Origin: Raillietiella orientalis
Lineage: Eukaryota
Length of the DNA stretch: 64,000 nucleotides
Assembly: GCA_036172245.1 (NCBI GenBank)
Contig: JAYWIR010000029.1
Location: 682,001 to 746,000, forward strand
Reading direction: 5' to 3'
The notes below the pieces were generated by a model. The model saw only the letters and a list, made by a program, of their open reading frames with translations, had not been told where the DNA came from and did not search any database. This document shows, one piece after another, positions 13,294 through 26,974 of this stretch (position 1 is the first letter of the stretch; every line of letters starts with the position of its first letter). Position numbers and translations under genes: made by a program.

Positions 13294-16200
13294 TAACGCA
13301 GACTGCACGCCTGTGTGCAGTATATAATAAGACTGCCGGGTCGTTCCGGTCCCAAGGTCGACATCGGCGCTTTTCCCTCTGGCTGCATCCGTTTGGAAAC
13401 GGAGGCCGATCGTGACAGGGAGATTCTTGGAAGCGGCGACACGACCGTGAAAAAAACTCTGCGTTTTACTCGAAACAAGGGAATCCATCCAAGCCTTCGA
13501 CTCCGGTGCTTCAAAAATGATGCCGCAATCGAGAAGGAGTGGGTGTTCCTCCTCCCTCGAGAAATCGTTCGAAAAGCTCACACATCCAGACGAGCGAAGC
13601 GAACAAAATGTCTGCGACGCCGGGCATTTTTCTCGAGAACGTTTCTCGAAGCCACTGAAGCACTTCCGACTGGACTTCCGTTCGCAAACGAACGGGAACT
13701 CCTCGGTTTCATCCCGGCACCTCGGCTTACCCCGGTTTCCACCCGAGCAAATCGCACCATTCCCGAAAGGGGTGGGACGACAGAGGATTTCTGGCTACTT
13801 ACGCGCCGGTAGAAGCGTCGAGGGCGAGGGTCTTTGCAGCCAGTGGGCGTAGACAGACAAACACGCAGGGCTTTCTCCTTTCTTTTCGGCACAGCCCTGA
13901 CGACTTGCTTGACGAGCACCTGTGGCGCTGCCATCGGGCCCCCCGTGAATCGAAGCATCCACCGTCTCGGATCACCAAGGCATCCACGAGTGCCTGGACC
14001 TACCAGTGTGGATTACGTGGCTCCCTGAGGATCACTCGGCATTTTTTTTTTTTTTTTTGACGAAACCGTTACGCTGTGAACGATTTCTCCCGTAGAAAAA
14101 TCCCATGCTTGGGGGTTAATGATTGTCTGGATGCCTCGTAAGGCAAACCAAGGACAAAAGTCACTCCTCAACCCAGCATGACCCCCCATTTGTTAGTGAA
14201 ACTGTAGGGTGCATCGAGTGAATGGGAATCTCGTGTGAATAGTTATTTGCCAACAGTTGGGCACCCATCCATTGCTTGCAGTTTGTGGTCAGTAATTACA
14301 GCTGTCAATCAGTGTGGAGACATTTTAAAAAAAAAAAAAATGCGTGAAGACGCGAGGATGACGATGCCGTCGCGTTTCATCCAGGGCATCCACGGATCCC
14401 GGCCACCGAGGAGTAGCGCTCTGCGATGCAGCGCATACCCGCGCATCCGCCGCTCGCATCCTTGAGACCTGGACCAGGAGAGCCGATTCCAGGAGGATGC
14501 GGAGCAGGAGCGAGCGCACCGTCGTTTCCCCTCAAAAGGACACTCGGGATTGGGACTTCCGCTCCCGTCCGATGCACCCGTCGCGAGCGGAATTTCCGGA
14601 ATGCTCGGGAGCGCCCACCGCGAGGACGGGCGGGAAGCTTCGCTTTCGTCGCGGCTCTGCTTTGCGGCGGGACGTCCACGAAGGGCTACTGCCGCGCCCA
14701 AGTTTCTGGACGTTCCAGGACGAATTTCCAGGAGACTTCAGAAGTTTCCTACGTCCTCAGACCAGCCGCTCTGTCGTGCCCACGGCATCTCGCAGGCCGG
14801 TAGGGGGCGGCGGTGGGGACTTAACGCGACCGCTGCTGCAAACCGCGCGCACGTGCACGCGGACTCTCGCAGTCCCTCGGGAGAGCGGCAGGATGATCGG
14901 AGAGGCACTCCCGCGCCAAACCGCGGGAACGGCACCAAGTCCCCCCCTCCTCCTTCCTCTCTGCCCTCCCCATGACCACGTAAGAAATCTTCGGTGGTTT
15001 TCAGGCACCGACGCCGGCTGGAGGGGCAACCGCGGCCCACGACCGAGCATCCGGCGGGAGGCGCAGGCAGAGCGGCGTCCTCGACCTTCCCGTCGGGACG
15101 TCCGCGGAAAGGCGGGAAAAAGTTCGGGAGAAAAGTTCAGAGGACGCGAAAGGGAGGTCAGTATGGAAGTCGTCACCGCTGAGGGTTGGCGCAGGGAAAA
15201 ACGCGCTGCCGGAAACGGCGGCGTCCCGAACATGCGGCGAGGGGCGAAACAAAGGAATTTCGGACGTCATAAATCAGCAGCATCCACGACGGACCACTCG
15301 GAGATCCTCCGGCGAGGAGGTGGAACTGGCGGGTGCTCTGGAACATTCTCTCGGAGGAGCGACGCGTTCCTCCCTCCCCTCCGTCGGCGAGGAGAGCGCG
15401 CGCGCGCCGCTTCGACCAGTGTGCGACGGCCACGGGCGCGAAGCTGCCGCCGGCTCGCGGGAGGGGGAGGGGGAGACGACGACCCCTTCGCTTGCGAAGA
15501 GCTCCCTCGTTGGGCGGAGGAAGAGGGAGATTTTGGCCCGGAACGGTGGCCAGGAGGGTCGGCCTCCGCGATGGGCCGAGAGAACGGGGAAAAGCGCACG
15601 TCCTCTGAGGAGAGTCCACGAGTGAATGGCTGCTGACCCTCGCCGGCGCCAGCGTTCCGAGAGGCGTGCCAGCAGGCATTCCGTTTCGCCGCAGGCGAGA
15701 CGTGCGCCTGCGATTGGCGATTTGGGGGAAGACGGGGGCGAGGACTTCGTCCGCCACGCTCCTCCTGGGACCGGGAACGCCGCGGCGCAGATCCGCCGGC
15801 AGGCAGAGGGAGAGAGGCGCCAGTCCGGATCCGGGGGCGGGAGGGGGTTGCCGTGCTGCTGGGCAGGACAGGCGGCAAGGCGTGACTTCCGGCAGGAGGG
15901 GGAAGCTCCCGTGGTCTGAGAAGAGAGGGAGCGCGCCAGGAGGAGGAAGGGAGGCTGCGGAGCAGCCCGGAGAAGGAGCGATGGAAGGGCGGGAAGCCCT
16001 CCTCGCACTACGATCCGTCCCGGGGAACTGCCGAATCCGAGGGACGGCTGCTCGGAAACGAGGCTCGCAGCGGGGTGGGGCGCTCTCGGCCCGGGGCCAG
16101 GAATCCTAGGGGATGAGGAAAAGACCTTTTTCCCCTTCTTTGCGTGTCGGACAGCGGGAACGCGAAGGAGGACGGGAAGAGAGAGGAGGATGGAAGGGAA

Positions 16201-18565
16201 GCAAGCAGGGATCCCGAGGAGCATTGTCACGCCTTTCTGGACACCCTCTTTTCCTCATGTCTTCTCTCGCGAAGACCCTCGAGCGGCAGCAGATCCCATC
16301 TTCCCCCTCCGCTGCTGCTGCCTTCATAGCGACGCGTCCCAGCATCCGAGGAGCGGTCGAACCCCCCTCCCGTGCCGGAGCCAGGAGCCTGCGAATCCAG
16401 CAGGAACGCGGCTGGGGAAGCGGGAAAACCCGGAGAATGGGAAGCTGCCGAAAGATGGGTGGGCGCGCGCTCCTCCCGTCTGCCCCGTCCTCCCTTTCAG
16501 AGAGGGCAGCCTTAGACTCGCTCGGGGGCACCCACGGAAGGATTGAGGAAAGGGAGGGGAGAAGAAGGGTCTCTAGGGCCCCGGGATGCGATCGATCCGG
16601 AGCGGAACGGTCTGTCGCTCAGGATCAGTCCCCGCGTGCTTCCCGAAACCGCGACCCACCATTCCTTCTCAGCTGTAAGGAGCACTGCTCCCCCACGTGG
16701 ATGCCGCAGTCCCGACTGCGCCCTCGCCGCCGGTGTATCCCTGCTGCCGAAGTTCGAGGGAACGGACGCGCTGGCGTGCGAGGTCACGTTGCCTGGCGGC
16801 ATGGATGGACCCATGGTCCAGGGAAGTGCACGGGGAGCTCCCGCACCGCGGGAGTGCAGGAAGTCGGCGTCCTCGTCCCCGCCCGTGCGAAGGGCCAGGA
16901 TGAGCAACTGTCGGGAGACCGCACTCTCCATCCCCGGAGGAAGAAGCCAGAGCTCCCTCCTGGTCGGAGCGGTGCTTTCACCTCCCACGGCTCATCCCTC
17001 GCTACCCCCGAGGGCTCTCTGGGAGCTCCTCCGGAAGTTCCCGTGACCCCTATAGAAATCGCCTGTAGAAATCCCAGTTGCCACTACATGTCCCTTCGAA
17101 GGAGAAGGAAGCCTCCCGACCTCCCGACAGGTGACAGCCTGCACCTCCCTCCTCCACCCCTGGGGACATCATCTTCCGGGAAGGGCAACCGGTCCGCCAG
17201 AAATCCCCCCGAATCCCGGCAAATCTCCTGTACCGCCTCCCTTCTCCAGGGTGCTCGGCCCTCCGGGTTACGGGGCTGTGTCACCCGGTCCTCGCCGTTC
17301 GGGAGCGGTCATACGGGATGTTCTTCTCATCGCTCTCGGTCCTCCCGGTCTCACCCCGGAATCGAACGAGGGTGGGGAGGGACAGAAATTCCTTCCCTCC
17401 CGAGTCGGTGCATCCGGTGACCTGCAGCCCGAGGTCGGTGGCTAGCAAAGACGGAACGAGAGAGAGAACCCCGCGCCACTGTAGGCTGACTCCCTTTCTG
17501 GGAGTGCCCCCCCTCATTCTTCCTTGCCTTCCTTCCGGGAACTCAGGCAAACTGGGCATCATGCTTCCTCTCTCTCACTCTCCCCATTCCCGACCTGAGC
17601 TCTACTCTGCCCCCGGCACCGGCGCTCTGCGATACAGCTCGTCGGACGTGCTGCGATGCGCTCGCGCGCGGCGGCGGGGGAGGCGCCGCTCCCTCGAGCG
17701 TCCTTGGACCTCGCCCTGCTCCACTCCCTCGCGGGGACGGGCTCGCTCCGAGGCGGCCACCTCGGTGGTCCACCGGTGGGTCTCGGCGCGAGCGGCTTTG
17801 GACGACCCCGACGGCGTCCCATCGCCGGGAACGCACCAGGATGATGCGCCGGGCTCCGGGACTGCCTGCCGCTGCGCGCGCAAGGGATCCGGCATGACTG
17901 GGCGGGCAGCGGCGGCGACCGTGAGCTACGGGAGAGGAAGGGAGGGGATGGAGAGAGGGAAGACCCGAGCACGCGCGCTCTTCTGGCCCCCCCCAGTAAG
18001 TCCGCATCTTTCCCTCCCCCCATCCTTTCCTCCCGCGAATGAGAGAACCGGGGCTGCCTTTGTGCTGCGCCTGGCTTTTTTTTTTTTATTCTTCCTTCTC
18101 GTCGTATCCTGGGAGCCCCTCGACTGCGCCTCCTCGGGGCTCCCTGTGCTGCGGCGGCGGGCTCCACGGCGGCCTTTCCTGCCTGCCTCCTGCTGCTCCT
18201 CGGCATTGGCTCTCCTCTTTCCTGAGCACCCACCCCCTCTCGCCGCTGCCATCGCCGCAGTCGCCGTCGTCGTCATCTCCAGGGCGGCATCGCTCCGCAA
18301 GAACCGGTTGGGAGCGGGGGAGAGGGGTCGGGGTAGGCGGGAAAGGGGGAGGAGGCGGAGGCTCCCGCCGTCTTCCCGGTCACCCAAGCCGCGTAGGGTG
18401 GCGCGGCATTGGATTGGTGGGGACGGTCTCCGGCTTCCCACTGGAAGACAAAGAGAGCAGCCCAGCGCGTGAGCAGTGGTGCCTCGCTCTTCCTCTCCCC
18501 CCCACTCCCCCATCCTTCTTTGCCGCAGCAGCGCCCCCGCCGTACCTCTTCGTCTTCCCGCCCCG

Positions 18566-21500
18566 TCAGTTCTCTGACGATGGAGCTGCCTCGTCGTCCT
18601 CCTCCTCTTCGACGGGGACGGTGCTGTGGTTGTACAGGCCCTGGGCCATCAGCTGCAGCGCCAGCGAGCCCCGCTGCCCTCCCGACTTCTTGATCTTGGC
18701 GCGCTTGTTCTGGAACCAGATCTTGATCTGGGACTCGTTGAGACTCAGCTCCCGGGAGAGCTCCTGGCGCCGCTTCTCCGTCAGGTACTTGTTGTCCTCG
18801 AACTCCTGCTTCAGCCTCGCTAGCTGCTCGTTCGTGAAGGCCGTCCGCGGGCGCTTGTCCTCGACCTTCCGCTCCTTCTTCTTGACCCTCCGGGAGCGCG
18901 GGCCTGCAAGCACTGGGGCGGTGAGCCTCCCCGGGACAGCGACCGCGCGCGCGCGCACCAGCGTGCCCTCCGTCACCCCTTCCCCATTCCCTGCTCCGGG
19001 AGCCCTACTTCCTCCACGTGGCAAGGAAGGCGGATGGACTCGGCCTTGCCTCAGGCAAGCCGCCTCTCCGCCCCGCTCGGGGCGGTGCGCTCCAGAAGCG
19101 GCCCCGAGGAGGCGCAGACGCCCACGCGACCCCTCTTCCAGGACCTAGCGCACCTCTTGGAGAAGCGAGGAAAGGGGATTAGTCTTATCCCAGTGCCCTG
19201 GATGCTCCTTCCCGGGGAGGTTGCACTTTGCCGGTCCGTTTGCACTTCCAGCGGCGGAGGGGGGAAGGTAGACCCACAGGAAGGGAGCCGACCCTGCGCC
19301 CTCCCGCTCAGTTGCCTCTTCCCTCTCGCTGCGCTGCGCGGGGTCGCATCCGGCCCCTACGGGAAGTCGGGAGCCTCTCCCCTCAGCCTCTGACGAGGGC
19401 AGGCGCTGGAAGGGGAGATGTCGCTCGCCTCCCCACTCCGGCTCACAAATGAGGGCCTCTCGATGTCAAGGGAGCCGCCACCACCGCTCCCGGAAACTCT
19501 TTCGCCTGGAGGACGAGCGAGGCGTCGTTGTCAGACGAGTAGGAGCATCCGGCGGGTCGTTCCCGGGAGCAGGATCCTCACGTCCTCCCCAGGACCCCTC
19601 CCTCTTCAGGGTTCCCTCCCCTCCAACAGTGCCAGACTGCCGCAGGGGCCTCGGCTGGCAGGTTTCGCCGCCGCGCGGGGAGCCCTGGAGAGACGTCCTT
19701 GGCGGAAGACCTGGAGGACACTTCCTCCCCTTACCAAGAGGGAAGAGCGGCCACGCTCCCGGAAACTGCCCCCGCCCTCCTTCCCCGTCGGGACCCGTCG
19801 GCGCGCTCCGCCTCCCTCTCTCCCTGTCCGCGCGCGCCTCCCTTCAGGGAAACGCCCAGCAGGCGGCCTCGCGCGCCCGCAGCTTTCGGGAGCGAGGTCC
19901 CCCTGCCCCCCCTCCCTTCCCTGGAAACGGCGTGGCTTCCCCGCCGGCTTAGCGACAGGGCGGCATTGTCTTCCTGCCTGCCCGCGGCCGCTAATGAAGT
20001 TCGCCACCCAGGACCACCCACCCGGAAGCGCGACGAGGCTCCCGTCCCGGCGCGACCTGCTAGTCGGCTCTCTCCCTCTCCTTCCACCCCTCGGGGCAGG
20101 GGGAGGGGGGGGGGAACACGGAGGAAAAGCGTCCGAGACGGCAGCCGCTCTCCCCGGGGAGCGGGTCGACGGAGACGCGGGGGAAGACCCCTGCCTCCCC
20201 GGAGCTGCTTGGCCGCGTTCGCGCCCCCCATCTCTCTCCGTTCTTCGAGGGCCCCCTCTTGCTCGGGGCCGGTTCACACGGTTTCCCTGGGAAACCGACC
20301 GCCACGGGCGCGCGCGCTTCCCCGGAGAATAAGCCATAAAAGCGCGGACCGAGTTCGGTTCCCATGGCAATCGCGCTGCGCGTACATGCGCGTATGAATG
20401 GCGGCGTCATTCATCACGGTGCCTTTCACCGCCAGGGTGGCAGCGGCAGATCCCGCGAGCGGGCGCGCGGCGATGACCTCTGCCTCTCCCTCCTTCCCAG
20501 CACGCGCGCGCCCTCCGCCTCGGGAGAGAAGGCGGCCCTCTCTGGCACACGCCCACACCCTCCCCCTCTCCCTTCCTCGCAGGGGAACGCTTGGAGAACC
20601 GGGGGTCTTCCGTGGACTCCTTCCCTTCCCCCACGCCCATCCGCCGCTTGCTAGCGTCGCTCCCGGAAGGGCGTCTGCTTCCTTTCCGGGTGTCGGAGAG
20701 AGGCAAACGATCCGAGGAGGAGGGGTTCCTTCCCCCCCCCCTCCTCCTCCAGAGGGGGGACGGGCAGAGCAAATGCACGCATTCCCCGGAGGCACGAGCG
20801 GAAAACCCCCCGAGGTCATGACGACCGTTGACAGTGGGGGAGGAGGAAGTGGGGGGGTTACCTGAGGAAGGTCTATCCGAGTAGCGCGTGCAGTATACCC
20901 ACGCCGGCCACACCATCTGCTGGGAGTCCTTGGTAAAGGACGGCGGCCTCTCGCCGGAGGCGTCCGGCTTCCTGTCGGCGGCGACGCGCTTGACCCGGAG
21001 GGCTTTCTTCCCGAAGTTGGGACTCAGGATGTTGCTGATGGAGAAGGCCAGGTCGCCGCGGTCGACCGGCTCTAGGGAGTCCGCGTCGCCGTCCGAGGCG
21101 GTCCTAGCGGAGGAGACCTTGTCCGACAGGTCGATCGAATCACAGGGACTCGTTCCGGGAGAAGGGGACTCGTCGTCCCGGGGGGCTTTCCAGACGGGAG
21201 GGTCCTCTCCGTCCCTCCTGGATGCCGGGGACGCCGCGAAGGGGGGCGGGCGGGCTTCCCGCAGGCCATTCAAAGTCACGAAAGGAGGAGGAGGTATCCG
21301 CAGGAGCTGCAGACCCGGGATGGTCAGGCAGGAGAACATCTCGGCGGCGATCTGCGGAGAGGAGAAGAGAGGACGCTGACCGAAGATCACCAGGAACGTC
21401 GGAAGCCCGAAACCGGGAAGCCGAGGAACAGCATCCGCACCGAGGACGAGGCACGTATATATCTGGAGGAGCGATCCGTCGCAGGCTCCTCCCCGCCGGC

Positions 21501-21660
21501 GCTCGAGGAGGCCGGCCAGCCCCGCCCACGAGCGGAGCTCCCACCCAATGAGAAGGCGCCGAACGCCGAATGGCATTTCGAACTTCATCGCGGGTAATGA
21601 AGATTTTCGGAGTCTGACTGCGGAAATGCCGGGAACCTCTCGGTGCCCGTATTGAGTCAT
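18566..21660 (-). CDS. en: Engrailed-class homeobox transcription factor, two coding exons (~21660-20862 and 18903-18566); start codon uncertain
   Basis: Exon 1 encodes EH1 ([14 protein letters not shown]) and EH2 ([17 protein letters not shown]). A phase-1 GT-AG intron at 20861-18904 (donor TCAG|gtaacc, acceptor ttgcag|GC) joins it in frame to PRSRR (EH3), the homeodomain EDKRPRTAF...[15 protein letters not shown] and EH5 [15 protein letters not shown]. In-frame ATGs lie at 21660 and 21588; further upstream exons cannot be excluded. Confidence 0.96.
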
Positions 21661-21879
21661 CCGAGTGCCGCGCGGGGGCTTCGCGGGAGGACTCGCAGGG
21701 AGCCGTCCGGGAAGAGGGGGAGGAAGGGAGGGGAAGCCCGCGCCGGAACACGGCGAACCGAGCTCGGTCAGCTCTGTCCGGAGAGCGCTCTCCAAGGCGC
21801 GGCCGGGGGTTTTACAAGCCCCTTCTGCCCCCCCCCCCCCTCTCGCCCTCGCTTTTCCCCTTGCTCGCCTCCAGCGACG

Positions 21880-22855
21880 GCTGCGCCATCTGCGCGCGAG
21901 AAACGAAAATTTACGTGCGCTCGGCGAACGTAAATTTTCGCCTGCCCTCCCCCCCTCCCCGCCAGCCCGCCCTCCCCTGCACACGCGCACACAATAACAA
22001 GGGCGACCGCCGCCATCGTACCCACGCGCGCCAGACGCTCGCCTCGTCAGGTGGTCAGTCCCCGTCCGCGCGCCCTCCGCACGCACATGCGGTTGGACTC
22101 GAGCGCGGGGCTCTCAGTGTTGAGCGATCTCCGGAGCGGAGAGATGGCGCACCTCGCGCGCGCGCGCGCAGGAAGGAGATGAGGGAAGGGTGGTGGTGGT
22201 GGTGGTCAAGCCGCAAGAGATGCGACGTCGTCGTCTCGCAGTCCCGTCCAAGGGAAGGGAAAACAGCATCAGCAGCTCTGCAGAAGATCAGGAGGCATGT
22301 TTGCGTCGTGCCCCTGCGTCTACAGAACTTTCACTTTCCTCGTTTTATTTCCTATTTTTATTTTATTTCATTTTATTTTTCCCTTCCTTCCCTCCCCTTC
22401 CTCCTTCTCCGTTTTTTTTTGGCTCCCGGCTTTCCCACTAGCCCACAGAAGACACCTTCTATCACTCCCATTTATCTGCATGTGGCTGATAACAAAAGGC
22501 GTAATGGGTACCCAGGCCACCGCCATCCACAATAAGATTTTATAGCAGCCTCCCGAGCACCCTGCAACAGCATTCCCACGAGAGGTGACCGACAGGCGCC
22601 ATATATTAGGAGAACAGTTATACAAATTGCGGCTGTTTGTTTTTATTAGTTCCCGTATTGTTGATGGTGAGGTATTTGCCCACAAACACCGACCACCGGG
22701 TGATGCGGTCCTGACAGGGTGGAGGAGGGCGAAAATGGTCCGTGGGCGCTCCGGGAGAGGATGAGGCTGCCAAAATAAAGCGGGGAGAGCAGGTCGCGCT
22801 TGAGGGAAAAAATGCGCAAGATGGCTTCCCCTTTTCGAGGAAGCCATCTTGCTCG
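21880..22855. promoter_or_regulatory. Candidate engrailed promoter-proximal regulatory region (PRE-like GCCAT cluster, two palindromes)
   Basis: It lies immediately 5' of the engrailed CDS. It contains seven GCCAT/ATGGC cores and inverted repeats at 21904-21940 and 22816-22852. Function is inferred only. Confidence 0.4.
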
Positions 22856-25800
22856 CCCGTTCCGAGGGCCCCGCGAAAAAATTTCCTGGAAATGGGGACG
22901 CCGGATGTGGATTCAGCACTTTTACCTCGGGTGCGAAGGAAACAAACGGAAAAAACGAAGGTGAAGGAAAGATGGAATCATTACGGAACGCGAAAGTCCT
23001 TTCTGGAGAATTGTGGGAGCCGCCCCGTGACGGGGATGATGGAAAGGGAAAGGGGGATGGTTCGCGCCTCGAAACCCCGAGGACAGAAGTTTCTCCATTC
23101 TAATTGATTTCTAGAAGGCGCGTCATGAACCCGTCTTCGCCCTCGCAGGGACAGCGGCGGAGCGGAGGATCGCTCTCGGCACGCACCATCCCGCGGAATG
23201 GAGCAACGCCGCGAAATATCCCCTCCGAGCCTGACAAGCAGCTTCATTGCAGCCGCCCCCGCGAGTGAACGTAGCAACTCTGACCCGCATGGTTTTTTCC
23301 TCACTTCCCGAAACACTTTCGGGGGCACGGGCACTTGGGAAAGGGCGGGGGTGGGGATGGACAGAAGCATCTCTCCTCCTTTTCCCTTTTCCACCCTCTT
23401 TTGCCTTCGCAGGAAAATCCTCGGAGGATCGCGGGAGCGGCAGGTCGTATCCGCGGTTACTGCCCGCTTCTCAGTTGACCTACGATCACGGTGCCCGCGC
23501 CTGCATCGTTCCGGAGTCCTTTTTTCTTTTTTTTTAAAAAAAAAAAAATTTAGCTTCCCTGTTTGTTTCCCGTTCTTTTTTTTCTTCTTTTCCTGTGCGT
23601 GTGTTTTGCTTTTTCTTTTGTTCCCTCCCCCCTTTTCTTTCTTTGCTCCTTCCCTGTTCCTTCTCATTTCAGTGGGGGATCGAGATGGAGCGCATCGCGG
23701 AAAATGGGACAGTGAAAAGAAGTCGCGTCTCGCAAAAGGCGCGCAACTGCCGCTCGAGGTGCGCAGCTAACCGCAAAGCTGCGCCCGTCTACCTTTCTCG
23801 CTCTTTCTCCTTCCCTCCCCCTTCCCCCCCCCGCCTCGTCCGACACGGGATGGTTGGGTTCTCGGTCACATCCGAGCTCCCTTCGGAGCAATAAACACTA
23901 TCGCAGCTTTTAAAGAGTCTACAGGATCTTTTTCTCGAGTCCGCAAGTTCTCCCGAGCGCGATAAATCAGCGGGTAGATCGGGGAGCAGATTGAAACGGC
24001 GTTCGGGGTGCCATCTGGCGACGGATCGCGCTACTAGCGCCGCGACCTCTCTCCGGCGATCTCGGCGCCGCGCCCGAATCCTCTCTCTCGGAAAAGCGGC
24101 ATCCTGCAGGCGCGCTTCTGGAGCCTCCCGTGGGATTCGAAGAGAGGATCCTCCCGTCCCCGGGTTCCAGCGCGGCCGGAGTGGGAGGGGCTCCCGAATC
24201 CTCTCCTTTCCGACCGTCCCTCCCGCAGGAATGGAGCGCAAGAAAGGAGGAGGCCGGAATCCCGGCTGGACTGCTTCCCGGCAGCATAAGAACCCTGGGA
24301 GGGATTCCGAGGAGGAGCGGCTCTTCCGGAGAGACCCAGGGGAAGGAAGGGGGCAGCGGCTGTGGCAGACCCGTCCCGCACCTTCGGAGGGCCAGCAAGG
24401 GGGCCCCTTTGCCCTCTTCCTTCGCAGGGCACATCTCTTCATCCCGCCCTTCCCGAACTGGAGCGAATCTTTCCCAGAAGCCGCCGGTGCCTTTCGAGGG
24501 ACCGCGGCTGCCGTCACGGCAGACCGCGACTGTCCGCTTCGAGTCGCCGCGGAGAGGCGCTCCTGGAGGGCCGCTCCGCGACGCCGGCAGAGAAAAGGGA
24601 GCGTCCCTTCCCTGCCAATGGGGGCCCAGGGAAAAACCACCACCCTCTCTCCTTCCCCGGAGCGAGTTCGCTCCCCTTCGAGGTCCCTTTGGAGTAGGAG
24701 GGGGTGGAGGGAGGACGCGCCTACCCCCAGAGAGCGGCGGTCGTCGGCGAAGCGCCGAGGCTCCACGGTGGCGACCGGGTGACCTCCCTCCGCCACTCCC
24801 TCACGGCAGATGGCGAACGCGAGCGCCCTCGCGTTCTCTCCTCCCTGCTCCCCACGGGATGAGCGATTATGCGCGGAGAGCCAGCGCCCGAATGCGATGA
24901 TGGGAAGGAGGGGGACGAACGAGAGGGAAGGGAAAACAAGTAAGGGGAAGAAGAAAAAAAAAAGCGGAGGGAAGGTGGAAAGGGGGAGGAGGTCCGCTGT
25001 CACGGAAACCGATCTCTCGATGGGAGCACGCGCGCACATTCCTCCCGCGGAGGGCCGCGAGCGCGAGCGCGTCCTTCCGAGAGCGCATCCGCGAACCCGG
25101 TCTCCCCTGCTCCTCCTCTGTCTCCAAGGAAAGCGCCGCTTCCGCGTCGGGCCATTCCTGCGCGCGCGCCGCCCGGCCGGCTGCAGGTCGCGCAGGCGCG
25201 CGCGCCTCCTCCTCCGGTGCGGCGGTGACAGCGGCGGCGGCAGCCGAGAGCGAGTGCGGCTCCGCGCCCCGCGGATTGGTCCAGGAACAGACGTTCCTTC
25301 CTTTCCCCCTTGCTTTTCTCCTCCCGACGCTCCTCCAACTCTCGCTCCCTACTTCCTTCGGAGTTCCCTAGTCGCGTGGGGGAAGGAAGACGGAGGGGAG
25401 CCGGCATTCGTTGTCAAGTCGCCTGCTGATTCCCCGTACTCGGCCGCGCACAAGCCGGAGCCATGGCAACGCCGCCGGCGCAAGCGGAAGCTGGCAGTCT
25501 CGGCGCTGTCTCTACGCGACCTCCACTGCCGTGCTCCTGTACGCCCCCTGGCAAGGCTGGGGGGAGGATCCCCCGAGGGCAGAGTGGACAGGAAAGACGA
25601 GGAGACAGATCGACCTCCGCTCCCTGGGGAACCTCCCGTCCCTTCCTTGACGTGCTTCCCTGCTCGGCAACCTGCCCCCACCCGGTCCTGTCCCCTGCAC
25701 GTTGAGAGAGGACCCTCCTACTTGTTGGATCCCCCTCGGCAGCACCTCAGGCTAGCGACCGGGAAAGATCAGATCTCGAGCGCGATGCCTGCTCCGGACT

Positions 25801-26974
25801 CCCTCGGGAAGCACGGAAAGGGGAGAAGGGAACTCGGACAGAGGGTGCCGCCTCCCCTTCCTCTCTCCTGTTCTTCACCCCACGCTCGCACTCGCTTCAC
25901 GAAAGCCTTGGGCGACACTTCAGCGGCAGCGCCTACTGGAGGATGCTAGAAGACTGCGGGCTCAGAGGACCGCTGGCCTTGGGGCAGGCAGAGGCATCTC
26001 TTGGGAAAGCTCGACACTAGGAGGGGAAAAGACTGCCTAACGCGCGGAAGACTCCCCGAACCTTTCGTGGCGTCCACGCGCTGAGAGTCCTTGCGGAGGC
26101 ACCGCACCATCCTTGCTGCTAGCAGCCAGTCCAGGAAAGACGTCCCTGAGGAAGGAGGCTCCCGCGACCCGTGGTCTGAAACAAAGCTTCTGGGAAAATC
26201 GTCGGCGAAGAGACTCGCGGAGTCAGGAGTTTCCGGACGATCAGAGAGGTGCGTCGGATATCTCTCTGGAAGAAAAAGGAAGGCTGCCCCTCCCAGGCCA
26301 CGGCAACCCCTCTGCCCAAGTAAAGGACCTTCCCTTCCCGGTAAGAGAACCGGCGCGCGTGCGCACAACCTTTCCGTTGCCAAGGAAAGCAGGCCGACGC
26401 GCGGAAGCAGGAACGTCCATCCGGGTCCCGGCCGGAACGGAAGAAAGATGGCGACGAAAGATGAGGGAGTGACGCACCCCAAAGACCCGGAAGCATCTCG
26501 GACGCCATATAGTCGCGGTACGGGGACCCGGAGACTCACTACTGCCGGTTGACCGAAAGCGGAATGTGGACGCCGCCGGATGGGACCGTGGCGCACCGTC
26601 TCCCCCCTCCCCATTTCGTCGTCCCGTCGAAAGTGCACTGGAAACTGTTCGTACCGGAGCCGGCGACCAGTGATGCGTCCCCCAGAAGTCGTGTCCCCAC
26701 TGAGCTGGATGTTGGCGTGCACCTATCCTCCCCATGCTCCCCTCCTGAGGGTGAAGCAAGACCCCCGGTCACCTGACCACATGGTCATCCTTTGGCTCCT
26801 GACATCGGTGCGTGCGTACACCAGCAACCCGGTCCCGTCCCGAAGTTCAAAGCCAGCCGTCCTCGGCCGATGGTCACCAACAGTCCCTCCCTGTAGCGTT
26901 TCTTCTTCGCCGATGAGGTCGTGCGTTTCTCCGGAACATCCGCACGGGCAAAGAGATCCTCGTGGGCGTCCGCA

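Noticed and set aside
18904..20861. Invected-type 6-nt RS micro-exon in the engrailed intron
   Set aside because: No AG-GN(CGN/AGR)A-GT match was found by eye. The gene is therefore not called invected, though RNA-seq would be needed to exclude it.
20407..22086. The 559-aa ORF as the complete engrailed exon
   Set aside because: It reads through the donor at 20861 into intron sequence, and its 5' part is promoter-like GC-rich sequence opened by a non-ATG start.
1..26900. Many long ORFs (e.g. 7731-9065, 14497-15636, 16113-17420, 23789-25039, 24810-25949)
   Set aside because: These are overlapping R/P/G/S/A-rich translations on both strands with no recognisable domains, as expected from stop-codon scarcity in GC-rich DNA.
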